Shown here piece by piece: positions 29,398 through 37,905 of a stretch of 64,000 bases of DNA (its first letter is position 1; each line of letters begins with the position of its first letter). The stretch is from Pseudomonas aeruginosa PAO1. GTDB taxonomy: Bacteria > Pseudomonadota > Gammaproteobacteria > Pseudomonadales > Pseudomonadaceae. Under the pieces are notes generated by a model. The model was given only the letters and a program-made list of their open reading frames with translations, did not search any database and was not told where the DNA came from. The stretch is from NCBI RefSeq assembly GCF_000006765.1, contig NC_002516.2; one strand, 5' to 3'. The translations under genes and the position numbers were made by a program.

Positions 29398-30208
29398 TTA
29401 TGCACTGTGCGCATGCTGTGGATAAGTCTGTGTGTAGCGCGTGTGCGGAAAGATTGCACGAGCCATTGCGGGATGTGCCCATCTGGCTTCCGGCAGGCGA
29501 TCCGCGGAAAGCGTTCCGGCACCTTGAATCCGCCTTGCGAAATGCCCGGTCGGCAACTGGCGCTTCTGTGGGTTTGTCTGTGGAAAAGCTGTTCGCATTC
29601 CCCGTTGAAAAAATGCCTTCGGCGGTCGGGGGAAAGGCATTGGACGGAGCCGCAGGATTTCTCCCGGTTGGCGAAAGAGCCAGGGAAAAGGTGCTGTGGA
29701 ATGCGCCACGACGGTGCATCGCGAAACTGTGGACAGCGGATCCACCCATGGCGCCGCCGAGCATGCTTCCGTCGATCGCCGCGGACTTTCCTGGAAAGCC
29801 GGAAAACCCAGTATTCATGGGCATCATGGCGTCTAAAGGGGAAGTCCTGGAGACATTTTCACGGGCATTCCCGTTCCGCGGGTTTCCTGTGGAAAAGCTG
29901 TTGGCAAACTGTGCCGGAAGCGGGCCGCCGGGGCTGCCCCAGGGATTCGGCCGACCCGTGGCTTGGCCGGGAGAGATCGTCCTGCCGTGCTCCTCCGAAC
30001 GGCTGTCGATATCTTGTGGATAAAGCTGTTGGCAAAGTGTTGGAGAAAATGCCTTGCCAGGTCGCGCCCATGGCCTGCCGGGTTGGCTGTTTTCTGTCCA
30101 GCGCCGATGTTGCGAAAATTGCCGGGACGGTCGGCGCGGGAGGCTTCCCAAGGTCCCGGATGGGCTCCCGACACGCTGTGGATAACTCTGTGAGCAAGGT
30201 GGTGATGA
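29398..30208. other. Cluster of DnaA boxes (five consensus matches plus phased degenerate boxes)
   Basis: TGTGGATAA at 29417, 30015 and 30177; TGTGGAAAA at 29579 and 29888 (both fit TTWTNCACA on the minus strand). One oppositely oriented TTATGCACT at 29398. Confidence 0.75.
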
Positions 30209-30279
30209 CTGTTTTGCGACAAATGCTCACGCGGGTGCGCCGCAGGGTTGCCCGCAAATGTGCCGCGGCGTCCCAGGTG

Positions 30280-30378
30280 TGCCCCGGCTTGGTGCCGCTC
30301 GGCGCGGGAGCCTGGTCCGTGGCTCCCGGTGCAAGCCGCGTTCCAGGGCTTTCCTGACCTCCTGGCCAGGTATTTGCA
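30280..30378 (+). promoter_or_regulatory. Sigma-54 promoter (TGGCCAGGTATTTGCA, 30363-30378) with an NtrC-like upstream site (TGCCCC-N5-GGTGCC, 30280-30296)
   Basis: Exact GG-N10-GC spacing with TTGCA. The upstream site matches TGCACC-N5-GGTGCA at 10/12, about 100 bp upstream of the predicted start. Confidence 0.65.
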
Positions 30379-30416
30379 CCGGCCGCCGCATCGTCGAGCA
30401 ACCGATCGGGTCCGCC

Positions 30417-31988
30417 ATGTCCGCACCTTCCTCCTTCGCGCCGCCGCGCCTCGAACTGCGCGGGATCAGCAAGCGTTATCCGGGTTGCCTGGCCAACGAC
30501 CGCATCGACCTGTGCATCGACGCCGGCGAGATCCACGCCCTGCTCGGTGAGAACGGCGCCGGCAAGAGCACGCTGATGAAGATCATCTACGGCGTGACCC
30601 GTCCCGATGCCGGCGAGATCCGCTGGCAGGGCGAGCCAGTGCAGGTACGCGACCCGGCTCGCGCCCGGGCGCTGGGGATCGGCATGGTGTTCCAGCATTT
30701 CTCCCTGTTCGAGACGCTCAGCGTGGCGGAGAACATCGCGCTCGCCCTCGGCGCCGAGGCGGGCAGCCCGCGCCGGTTGGAGGCGCGTATTCGCGAGGTG
30801 TCGCAGCGCTACGGCATGCCGCTGGAGCCTCGCCGGCTGGTCCATGGGCTGTCCATCGGCGAGCGCCAGCGGGTGGAGATCGTGCGCTGCCTGATGCAGG
30901 ACATCCGCCTGCTGATCCTCGACGAGCCGACCTCGGTGCTGACCCCGCGCGAGGCCGAGGATCTCTTCGTCACCCTGCGCCGTCTTGCGGAGGAGGGTTG
31001 CAGTGTCCTCTTCATCAGCCACAAGCTGGCCGAGGTCCGTGCGCTCTGCCAGCGCGCCACGGTGCTGCGCGGCGGACGGGTGGCCGGACAGTGCGTGCCG
31101 GCGCAATGTTCCGATCTCGAGCTGGCGCGGCTGATGGTGGGCGACGCCGAGGGCCTGGCGGCGGAGTATCCGAAGGTCACCGGCGGCGCGCCTTTCCTCC
31201 AGGTGCGCGACCTGCACTGGCGCAACCCGGACCCCTTCGGCGTGTCCTTCGCTGGCCTCGACCTGGAGGTGCGCAGCGGCGAGATCCTCGGTATCGCCGG
31301 GGTCGCCGGCAACGGCCAGGACGAGTTGCTTGCCCTGCTCAGCGGCGAAGTGCGCCTGCCGCGCGCCCAGGCCGAGCGCATCCGCCTCGGCGGCTGCGCC
31401 GGCGCGCACCTGGCGCCGGATGCGCGGCGCCGCGCCGGCCAGGCCTTCGTGCCCGCCGAGCGGCTGGGGCACGGCGCGGTGCCGGAGATGAGCCTGGCGG
31501 ACAATGCGCTGCTCACCGCCTTCCAGCAGGGACTGGTGAAGCGCGGGTTGGTCCGGCGGCGCAAGGTGCTGGCGCTGGCCGAGGAGATCATCCGCCGTTT
31601 CGCCGTGAAGGCCCCGGGTGCCGGGGCGCCGGCACGCAGCCTTTCCGGCGGCAACCTGCAGAAGTTCATTCTCGGCCGCGAGATCCTCCAGGCCCCGCGC
31701 CTGCTGGTGGCGGCGCATCCCACCTGGGGCGTGGACGTCGGCGCGGCGGCGCTGATCCACCGCGCGCTGATCGCCTTGCGCGATGCCGGTACGGCGATCC
31801 TGGTGGTCTCCGAGGACCTCGACGAGCTGTTCCTGCTCAGCGACCGCATCGCCGCGCTGTGTTCGGGTCGGCTGTGCCCGGCGGTCGCCACCGCGAGCGC
31901 TTCGCCGCAGAAGGTCGGCGGCTGGATGGCCGGTCAATTCGAGGCGCCGGCGGCGGTCGCCGGCGCCGTTGCCCAAGGGAGCCTGTGA
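30417..31988 (+). CDS. ABC transporter ATP-binding protein (CUT2/nucleoside-purine type, two ABC domains)
   Basis: GENGAGKST, LSIGERQRVEI, LILDEPT and LSGGNLQK motifs. Confidence 0.93.
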   Translation: MSAPSSFAPPRLELRGISKRYPGCLANDRIDLCIDAGEIHALLGENGAGKSTLMKIIYGVTRPDAGEIRWQGEPVQVRDPARARALGIGMVFQHFSLFETLSVAENIALALGAEAGSPRRLEARIREVSQRYGMPLEPRRLVHGLSIGERQRVEIVRCLMQDIRLLILDEPTSVLTPREAEDLFVTLRRLAEEGCSVLFISHKLAEVRALCQRATVLRGGRVAGQCVPAQCSDLELARLMVGDAEGLAAEYPKVTGGAPFLQVRDLHWRNPDPFGVSFAGLDLEVRSGEILGIAGVAGNGQDELLALLSGEVRLPRAQAERIRLGGCAGAHLAPDARRRAGQAFVPAERLGHGAVPEMSLADNALLTAFQQGLVKRGLVRRRKVLALAEEIIRRFAVKAPGAGAPARSLSGGNLQKFILGREILQAPRLLVAAHPTWGVDVGAAALIHRALIALRDAGTAILVVSEDLDELFLLSDRIAALCSGRLCPAVATASASPQKVGGWMAGQFEAPAAVAGAVAQGSL

Positions 31989-33085
31989 TGCTGTTGTCCC
32001 TGGAACCGCGCGGCCGGCAGTCGCGCTGGATGCTGCTGGCCTCTCCGCTGCTGGCGGGGTTGCTGACCCTGGTCTGCGGCGCGCTGCTGTTCGCCTGTCT
32101 CGGCCACGATCCCTGGCAGACCCTGCATACCGTGCTGGTACAGCCGCTCAGCGACCTCTATGGGCTCGGCGAGCTGCTGGTCAAGGCCATGCCGATCCTG
32201 CTCTGTGCCCTCGGCCTGGCACTGGCCTACCAGGCGCGCGTGTGGAACATCGGCGCGGAGGGCCAGTTGCTGGTCGGCGCCCTGGCCGGCAGCGCGGTGG
32301 CGATCCAGTTGCTCGACTGGCAGAGCCGCTGGGCGCTGGCCTGGGTGCTGCTCGCCGGCACCGCTGCCGGGGCGCTCTGGGCCGGGTTCGCCGCCTGGCT
32401 GCGAACGCGCTTCAACGCCAACGAGATCCTGACCACCATCATGCTCAACTACATCGCGCTGAACCTGCTGCTGTACGGCGTGCACGGGCCGTTGAAGGAC
32501 CCGGACGGCTTCAACTTCCCGCAGTCGGCGCTGTTCGGCGAGGCCAGCCGCCTGCCGGCGCTGTTCGAGGACAGCCGGGTGCACCTTGGCGCATTGTTCG
32601 GCCTGCTGGCGCTGGCGGCGGTCTGGGTGCTGGCGCAGCGCAGCTTCCTCGGTTTCCAGGTCCGCGTGCTCGGCCTCGACCGCCGCGCCGCCGGTTTCGT
32701 CGGTTTCCGCGAGAAGCGCCTGGTCTGGTTCGTGCTGCTGTTCTCCGGCGCGCTGGCAGGCCTGGCCGGCGTCTGCGAGGTCGCCGGGCCGATCGGCCAA
32801 CTGGTGCCGCAGGTCTCGCCGGGCTACGGCTATGCGGCGATCACCGTGGCCTTCCTTGGCCGTCTCAATCCGTTCGGCATCCTCTGCGCCAGCCTGCTGA
32901 TGGCGTTGCTCTACCTCGGCGGCGAGGCCGCGCAGATGAGCCTCAACCTGCCATTGGCGCTGTCCGGGCTGTTCCAGGGGATGATGCTGTTCTTCCTCCT
33001 CGCCTGCGACGTGCTGATCCTCTACCGCCCACGTTTGCACGGACGCTGGCGCAAGCGCCCGGCGCTGCGCGACGCCCTGGCCTGA
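31988..33085 (+). CDS. ABC transporter permease (BPD_transp_2)
   Basis: Multi-TM with WNIGAEGQL, NEILTTIMLNY and GYGYAAITVAFLG; coupled to the ATPase gene. Confidence 0.92.
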   Translation: MLLSLEPRGRQSRWMLLASPLLAGLLTLVCGALLFACLGHDPWQTLHTVLVQPLSDLYGLGELLVKAMPILLCALGLALAYQARVWNIGAEGQLLVGALAGSAVAIQLLDWQSRWALAWVLLAGTAAGALWAGFAAWLRTRFNANEILTTIMLNYIALNLLLYGVHGPLKDPDGFNFPQSALFGEASRLPALFEDSRVHLGALFGLLALAAVWVLAQRSFLGFQVRVLGLDRRAAGFVGFREKRLVWFVLLFSGALAGLAGVCEVAGPIGQLVPQVSPGYGYAAITVAFLGRLNPFGILCASLLMALLYLGGEAAQMSLNLPLALSGLFQGMMLFFLLACDVLILYRPRLHGRWRKRPALRDALA

Positions 33086-33107
33086 GCCGAACCGCCGAGG
33101 AACCACG

Positions 33108-34034
33108 ATGGATATCGATCTGCTCGACAACCTGCTGTTCGCCATGGTCCGCACCGGTACTCCGCTGCTGCTGGTGGCCCTGGGCGAACTGGTCTGCGAG
33201 AGAAGCGGGGTGCTCAACCTGGGCCAGGAGGGGATGATGCTGTTCGGCGCGGTGATCGGCTTCATGGTCGCCTTCTCCAGCGGCAGCCTGTGGCTCGGCG
33301 TGCTCCTCGCGGTGCTCGCCGGCATGCTGCTGGCGGCGCTGTTCGCCGGGGTCGCCCTGTACCTGAACGCCAACCAGGTGGCCTGCGGCCTGGCGCTGAC
33401 CATCTTCGGCGTCGGCCTGGCGTCGTTCGTCGGCGCCGCCTGGGTCGGCAAGCCGCTGCAAGGGTTCGCCCCGCTGGCGCTGCCGGTGCTGGGCGAGTTG
33501 CCGCTGCTCGGGCGCATGCTGTTCGCCCAGGACGCGCTGGTCTACCTGAGCCTGGCGCTGTTCGCCGCGGTCGCCTGGATGCTCCTGCGCAGCCGCGCCG
33601 GGCTGGTTCTCCAGGCGGTCGGCGAGAACCCTGACGCGGCCAGCGCGATGGGCCTGCCGGTGCTGCGCGTGCGCACCCTGGCGGTGCTCTTCGGCGGCGC
33701 CATGGCCGGCCTGGCCGGTGCCTACCTGTCGCTGGCCTACACGCCGATGTGGGCGGAGAACATGACCGCCGGACGCGGCTGGATCGCCCTGGCGCTGGTG
33801 GTCTTCGCCAGTTGGCGGGTGCTCCGCGTGCTGCTCGGTGCCTGGTTGTTCGGCCTGGCCAGCATCCTGCACCTGGTGGCCCAGGGGGTCGGGCTGTCGA
33901 TTCCGGCCAACCTGCTGGCGATGCTGCCCTATGCGGCGACCATCCTGGTGCTGGTCCTGCTCTCCCGCGATGCCCTGCGCACCCGGCTGTATGCCCCGGT
34001 TTCCCTGGGCCAGCCGTGGAAGGCCGGGCACTGA
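33108..34034 (+). CDS. ABC transporter permease (BPD_transp_2)
   Basis: ERSGVLNLGQEGMML, AVGENP and GRGWIALALV motifs. Confidence 0.92.
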   Translation: MDIDLLDNLLFAMVRTGTPLLLVALGELVCERSGVLNLGQEGMMLFGAVIGFMVAFSSGSLWLGVLLAVLAGMLLAALFAGVALYLNANQVACGLALTIFGVGLASFVGAAWVGKPLQGFAPLALPVLGELPLLGRMLFAQDALVYLSLALFAAVAWMLLRSRAGLVLQAVGENPDAASAMGLPVLRVRTLAVLFGGAMAGLAGAYLSLAYTPMWAENMTAGRGWIALALVVFASWRVLRVLLGAWLFGLASILHLVAQGVGLSIPANLLAMLPYAATILVLVLLSRDALRTRLYAPVSLGQPWKAGH

Positions 34035-34083
34035 CGAGGGCAGGTTCTTCGATTAGTTGTTTTAACTATTTATATATTCTTCG

Positions 34084-34120
34084 ATAGATTTAGATAATTT
34101 CACTGATGGCCTAAATCAAT
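34084..34120 (+). promoter_or_regulatory. OxyR binding site upstream of ahpC
   Basis: ATAG-N7-TAAT-N7-ATGG-N7-CAAT matches the OxyR ATAG-N7-CTAT-N7-ATAG-N7-CTAT spacing. Confidence 0.85.
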
Positions 34121-34198
34121 GGGGCATTTTTGCCGAACCCCGTTAAGATTCTCCCAGTCGATTTGAAACACCCCATTCAACTGAGAGAGGAACGACTG

Positions 34199-34762
34199 AT
34201 GTCCCTGATCAACACTCAAGTCCAACCGTTCAAGGTCAACGCTTTCCACAACGGCAAGTTCATCGAGGTGACCGAGGAATCCCTGAAGGGCAAGTGGTCG
34301 GTCCTGATCTTCATGCCGGCTGCCTTCACCTTCAACTGCCCGACCGAGATCGAAGACGCCGCCAACAACTACGGCGAGTTCCAGAAAGCCGGTGCCGAGG
34401 TCTACATCGTGACCACCGACACCCACTTCTCGCACAAGGTCTGGCACGAAACCTCCCCGGCAGTCGGCAAGGCCCAGTTCCCGCTGATCGGCGACCCGAC
34501 CCACCAGCTGACCAACGCCTTCGGCGTGCACATCCCGGAAGAAGGCCTGGCCCTGCGCGGTACCTTCGTGATCAACCCGGAAGGCGTGATCAAGACCGTC
34601 GAGATCCACTCCAACGAGATCGCCCGTGACGTCGGCGAGACCGTGCGCAAGCTGAAGGCCGCCCAGTACACCGCCGCCCACCCGGGCGAAGTCTGCCCGG
34701 CCAAGTGGAAGGAAGGCGAGAAGACCCTCGCTCCGTCCCTGGACCTGGTCGGCAAGATCTAA
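34199..34762 (+). CDS. ahpC: Alkyl hydroperoxide reductase C (peroxiredoxin)
   Basis: FTFNCPTE and GEVCPAKW motifs; 187 aa; GAGAGG RBS. Confidence 0.97.
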   Translation: MSLINTQVQPFKVNAFHNGKFIEVTEESLKGKWSVLIFMPAAFTFNCPTEIEDAANNYGEFQKAGAEVYIVTTDTHFSHKVWHETSPAVGKAQFPLIGDPTHQLTNAFGVHIPEEGLALRGTFVINPEGVIKTVEIHSNEIARDVGETVRKLKAAQYTAAHPGEVCPAKWKEGEKTLAPSLDLVGKI

Positions 34763-34796
34763 GACCGCGCCGGCGGCATTCGCCGCCAGCCTCTCC

Positions 34797-34870
34797 GGCG
34801 GACGATCCCTCGCGGATCGTCCGCCCTTCACCCAGCCAACGCGCCGTGCAGGGCGGATGTCCCATCCGCC
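34797..34870. repeat. REP-like hairpins in the ahpC-ahpF spacer
   Basis: GGCGGACGATCC-CTCGC-GGATCGTCCGCC (34797-34825) and GGCGGATG-TCC-CATCCGCC (34852-34870). Confidence 0.65.
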
Positions 34871-34906
34871 GGGGATACGTTTGCCCGAATTTCGAGGAGC
34901 TGAACC

Positions 34907-36472
34907 ATGTTGGACGCCAATCTTAAAACCCAGTTGAAGGCCTACCTGGAAAAGGTCAGCCAGCCGTTCGAGATCGTCGCGTCCCTCGATGACAGCGACA
35001 AATCCCGCGAGCTGCTGGGCCTGCTGCAAGACATCGTCGGCCTGACCGACAAGATCACCCTGAAGACCGACGGCAGCGATGCGCGCAAACCGTCGTTCTC
35101 GCTGAACCGCCCCGGTGCGGACATCGGCCTGCGCTTCGCCGGTATCCCCATGGGCCACGAATTCACCTCGCTGGTGCTGGCCCTGCTGCAGGTAGGCGGC
35201 CACCCCTCCAAGCTCGACGCGGACGTGATCGAGCAGGTCAAGGGCATCGAGGGCACCTTCGAGTTCGAAACCTACTTCTCGCTGTCCTGCCAGAACTGCC
35301 CGGACGTGGTCCAGGCGCTGAACCTGATGGCCGTGCTCAACCCGAACATCCGTCACGTCGCCATCGACGGCGCGCTGTTCCAGGATGAGGTCGAGGCGCG
35401 CCAGATCATGTCGGTGCCGAGCATCTACCTCAACGGCGAAGTCTTCGGCCAGGGCCGCATGGGCGTGGAAGAGATCCTCGCCAAGATCGACACCGGCGCC
35501 GCCGCCCGCGACGCCGAGAAGCTGACCGCCCGCGACGCCTTCGACGTGCTGGTGGTCGGCGGTGGCCCGGCCGGCGCCGCGGCGGCGATCTACGCCGCGC
35601 GCAAGGGCATTCGCACCGGCGTCGCCGCCGAGCGCTTCGGCGGCCAGGTGCTGGACACCATGGCCATCGAGAACTTCATCTCGGTGCAGGAGACCGAAGG
35701 GCCGAAGCTGGCACGGGCGCTGGAAGAGCACGTGCGTCACTACGAGGTCGACATCATGAACCTGCAGCGCGCCAGCAAGCTGGTTCCGGCGAAGAACGCC
35801 GGCGAGTTGCACGAGGTGCGGTTCGAGAGCGGCGGCAGCCTCAAGGCCAAGACCCTGATCCTCGCCACCGGCGCTCGCTGGCGCGAAATGGGCGTGCCCG
35901 GCGAGCAGGAGTACAAGGCCAAGGGCGTGTGCTTCTGCCCGCACTGCGACGGCCCGCTGTTCAAGGGCAAGCGCGTGGCGGTGATCGGCGGCGGCAACTC
36001 TGGCGTCGAGGCGGCCATCGACCTGGCCGGCATCGTCGCCCATGTGACCCTGCTGGAATTCGACAGCAAGTTGCGCGCCGATGCCGTGCTGCAACGCAAG
36101 CTCTACAGCCTGCCGAACGTCGAGGTGATCACCAGTGCCCTGACCAGCGAAGTGAAGGGCGACGGCCAGAAGGTCACCGGCCTGGTGTACAAGGACCGCA
36201 ACTCCGAGGAGTTCAAGTCGATCGAGCTGGAAGGCATCTTCGTGCAGATCGGCCTGCTGCCCAACACCGAGTGGCTCAAGGGCAGCGTCGAGCTGTCGCC
36301 GCGTGGCGAGATCATCGTCGACGCCCGTGGCGAGACCTCGCTGCCCGGCATCTTCGCCGCCGGCGACGTGACCACGGTGCCGTACAAGCAGATCGTGATC
36401 GCCGTGGGCGAGGGCGCCAAGGCTTCGCTGAGCGCCTTCGACCACCTGATCCGGACCTCCGCGCCGGAGTGA
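34907..36472 (+). CDS. ahpF: Alkyl hydroperoxide reductase F
   Basis: CQNCPD, GGGPAG, CPHCDG and GGGNSG motifs. Confidence 0.97.
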   Translation: MLDANLKTQLKAYLEKVSQPFEIVASLDDSDKSRELLGLLQDIVGLTDKITLKTDGSDARKPSFSLNRPGADIGLRFAGIPMGHEFTSLVLALLQVGGHPSKLDADVIEQVKGIEGTFEFETYFSLSCQNCPDVVQALNLMAVLNPNIRHVAIDGALFQDEVEARQIMSVPSIYLNGEVFGQGRMGVEEILAKIDTGAAARDAEKLTARDAFDVLVVGGGPAGAAAAIYAARKGIRTGVAAERFGGQVLDTMAIENFISVQETEGPKLARALEEHVRHYEVDIMNLQRASKLVPAKNAGELHEVRFESGGSLKAKTLILATGARWREMGVPGEQEYKAKGVCFCPHCDGPLFKGKRVAVIGGGNSGVEAAIDLAGIVAHVTLLEFDSKLRADAVLQRKLYSLPNVEVITSALTSEVKGDGQKVTGLVYKDRNSEEFKSIELEGIFVQIGLLPNTEWLKGSVELSPRGEIIVDARGETSLPGIFAAGDVTTVPYKQIVIAVGEGAKASLSAFDHLIRTSAPE

Positions 36473-36498
36473 CCCGGCCAGCGACCGTCGAACCAGGG

Positions 36499-36531
36499 AC
36501 GCCCGGAGCGCGAAAGCGCCCCGGGCGTTTT
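36499..36531 (+). terminator. Intrinsic terminator after ahpF
   Basis: ACGCCCGG-AGCGC-GAAA-GCGC-CCCGGGCGT followed by TTT. Confidence 0.65.
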
Positions 36532-36551
36532 CGTTGGCGCGACCGCCCGCC

Positions 36552-37625
36552 TCAGGCCGGGATATCCAGGTTCGCGTGGCCCGGCGCGGCGGCCGCCTCG
36601 GCGTAGACCTTCTCGTCCTCCTCGATCACCCGCGAGGCCGGCCCCACCAGCAACGGGTCGGGCTCATGGGCGATGCGCCGGTCCTTGTCCGGGTAGTCCA
36701 GCGAGTGCAGGAAGTGGCGGATGCAGTTGAGTCGCGCGCGCTTCTTGTCGTCGGACTTGATGACCGTCCACGGCGCGTCGGCGGTGTCGGTATGGAAGAA
36801 CATCGCCTGCTTGGCGGCGGTGTAGTCGTCCCACTTGTCCAGAGACTTGATGTCGATGGGCGACAGCTTCCAGTGCTTGAGCGGATCGTCGCGGCGCGAG
36901 ATGAAGCGCCGCAGTTGTTCCTCGCGGCTCACCGAGAACCAGTACTTGAACAGCAGGATGCCGCTGTTGGTGAGCATGCGCTCCAGCTCCGGCGCCTGGC
37001 GCATGAACTCCAGGTATTGCAGCGGCGAACAGAAGCCCATGACCCGCTCGACGCCGGCGCGGTTGTACCAGGAGCGGTCGAAGAAGACCATCTCGCCGGC
37101 GGTGGGCAGATGTTGGATGTAGCGCTGGAAATACCACTGGCCCTGCTCCTGGGAGGACGGTTTCTCCAAGGCTACGATCCGCGCGCCGCGCGGGTTCAGG
37201 TGTTCCATGAAGCGCTTGATGGTGCCGCCCTTGCCGGCGGCGTCGCGGCCTTCGAACAGGACCACCACGCGCTGGCCGGTCTCCTTCACCCAGCTCTGCA
37301 CCTTGAGCAGTTCGATCTGCAGGTCGTGCTTGGCCTTCTCGTACTCGTTGCGGCGCATCCGCGTGTGATAGGGATAGTTCGCCGGCAGGCTCGCCGAGGT
37401 GCTGTCCTCGCTGCTGCCGTGGGGCGCACTGGCGACCTGCAGGGCCACCGGCTTCTGGCTGATTGCCTGGATCTCCTCGCGGGCCTTCTGCGCCGGGCTG
37501 GCCACTCGCGGGCGGCGGGTCGCCGGCTTGCGCGGGGCGCGGCGGGCGGCTGGCCGGGCCGGCTTGGCCGGCTGCGCGGCGGGTTGCTCGGGGGAGGGGG
37601 GACTGACAGTGGGTTCTTCGCTCAT
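36552..37625 (-). CDS. ppk2: Polyphosphate kinase 2
   Basis: FEGRDAAGKGG (Walker A), FDRSWYNRAGVERVMGF and WKLSPID motifs; 357 aa from ATG 37625. Confidence 0.95.
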   Translation of the reverse strand: MSEEPTVSPPSPEQPAAQPAKPARPAARRAPRKPATRRPRVASPAQKAREEIQAISQKPVALQVASAPHGSSEDSTSASLPANYPYHTRMRRNEYEKAKHDLQIELLKVQSWVKETGQRVVVLFEGRDAAGKGGTIKRFMEHLNPRGARIVALEKPSSQEQGQWYFQRYIQHLPTAGEMVFFDRSWYNRAGVERVMGFCSPLQYLEFMRQAPELERMLTNSGILLFKYWFSVSREEQLRRFISRRDDPLKHWKLSPIDIKSLDKWDDYTAAKQAMFFHTDTADAPWTVIKSDDKKRARLNCIRHFLHSLDYPDKDRRIAHEPDPLLVGPASRVIEEDEKVYAEAAAAPGHANLDIPA

Positions 37626-37905
37626 GCGGGACTCCTTCCGTTCTACGTTTTCAGCTATGCAGTCCCCCACTCTATGCCCCTGCCGGGAGGCGTCCGTTGA
37701 CCCCCATCAAACCGCGCCCGGCCGCCACCGGGAGGAAAGCCTTACACCTCTCCATAAATCCCTTGTAGGATATCGCCACGCGCGTGGCGTCCCGTCGTCG
37801 CCCCGCGGACCTGGATCAGCAGACAGGGTGAACACTGAGCTGGCTCTCATCAACCGAGGGCCGGCAGCGTTCGCGCCGGCCCGCCGATCCGACGAAGGTC
37901 CGCAC

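Noticed and set aside
29398-30208. The DnaA-box cluster as a second replication origin, or as an exact datA equivalent
   Set aside because: I found no AT-rich 13-mer unwinding region or convincing DnaA-trio run, and no IHF consensus (WATCAA-N4-TTR) by eye. It is kept only as a regulatory-cluster hypothesis.
29303-30357. Long ORFs across the DnaA-box spacer (29303-30151 minus, 282 aa; 29380-30357 plus, 325 aa; and smaller ones)
   Set aside because: They have no recognisable motifs, atypical composition, no clear RBS, and overlap one another. They are better explained as chance open frames, though a small real ORF cannot be excluded.
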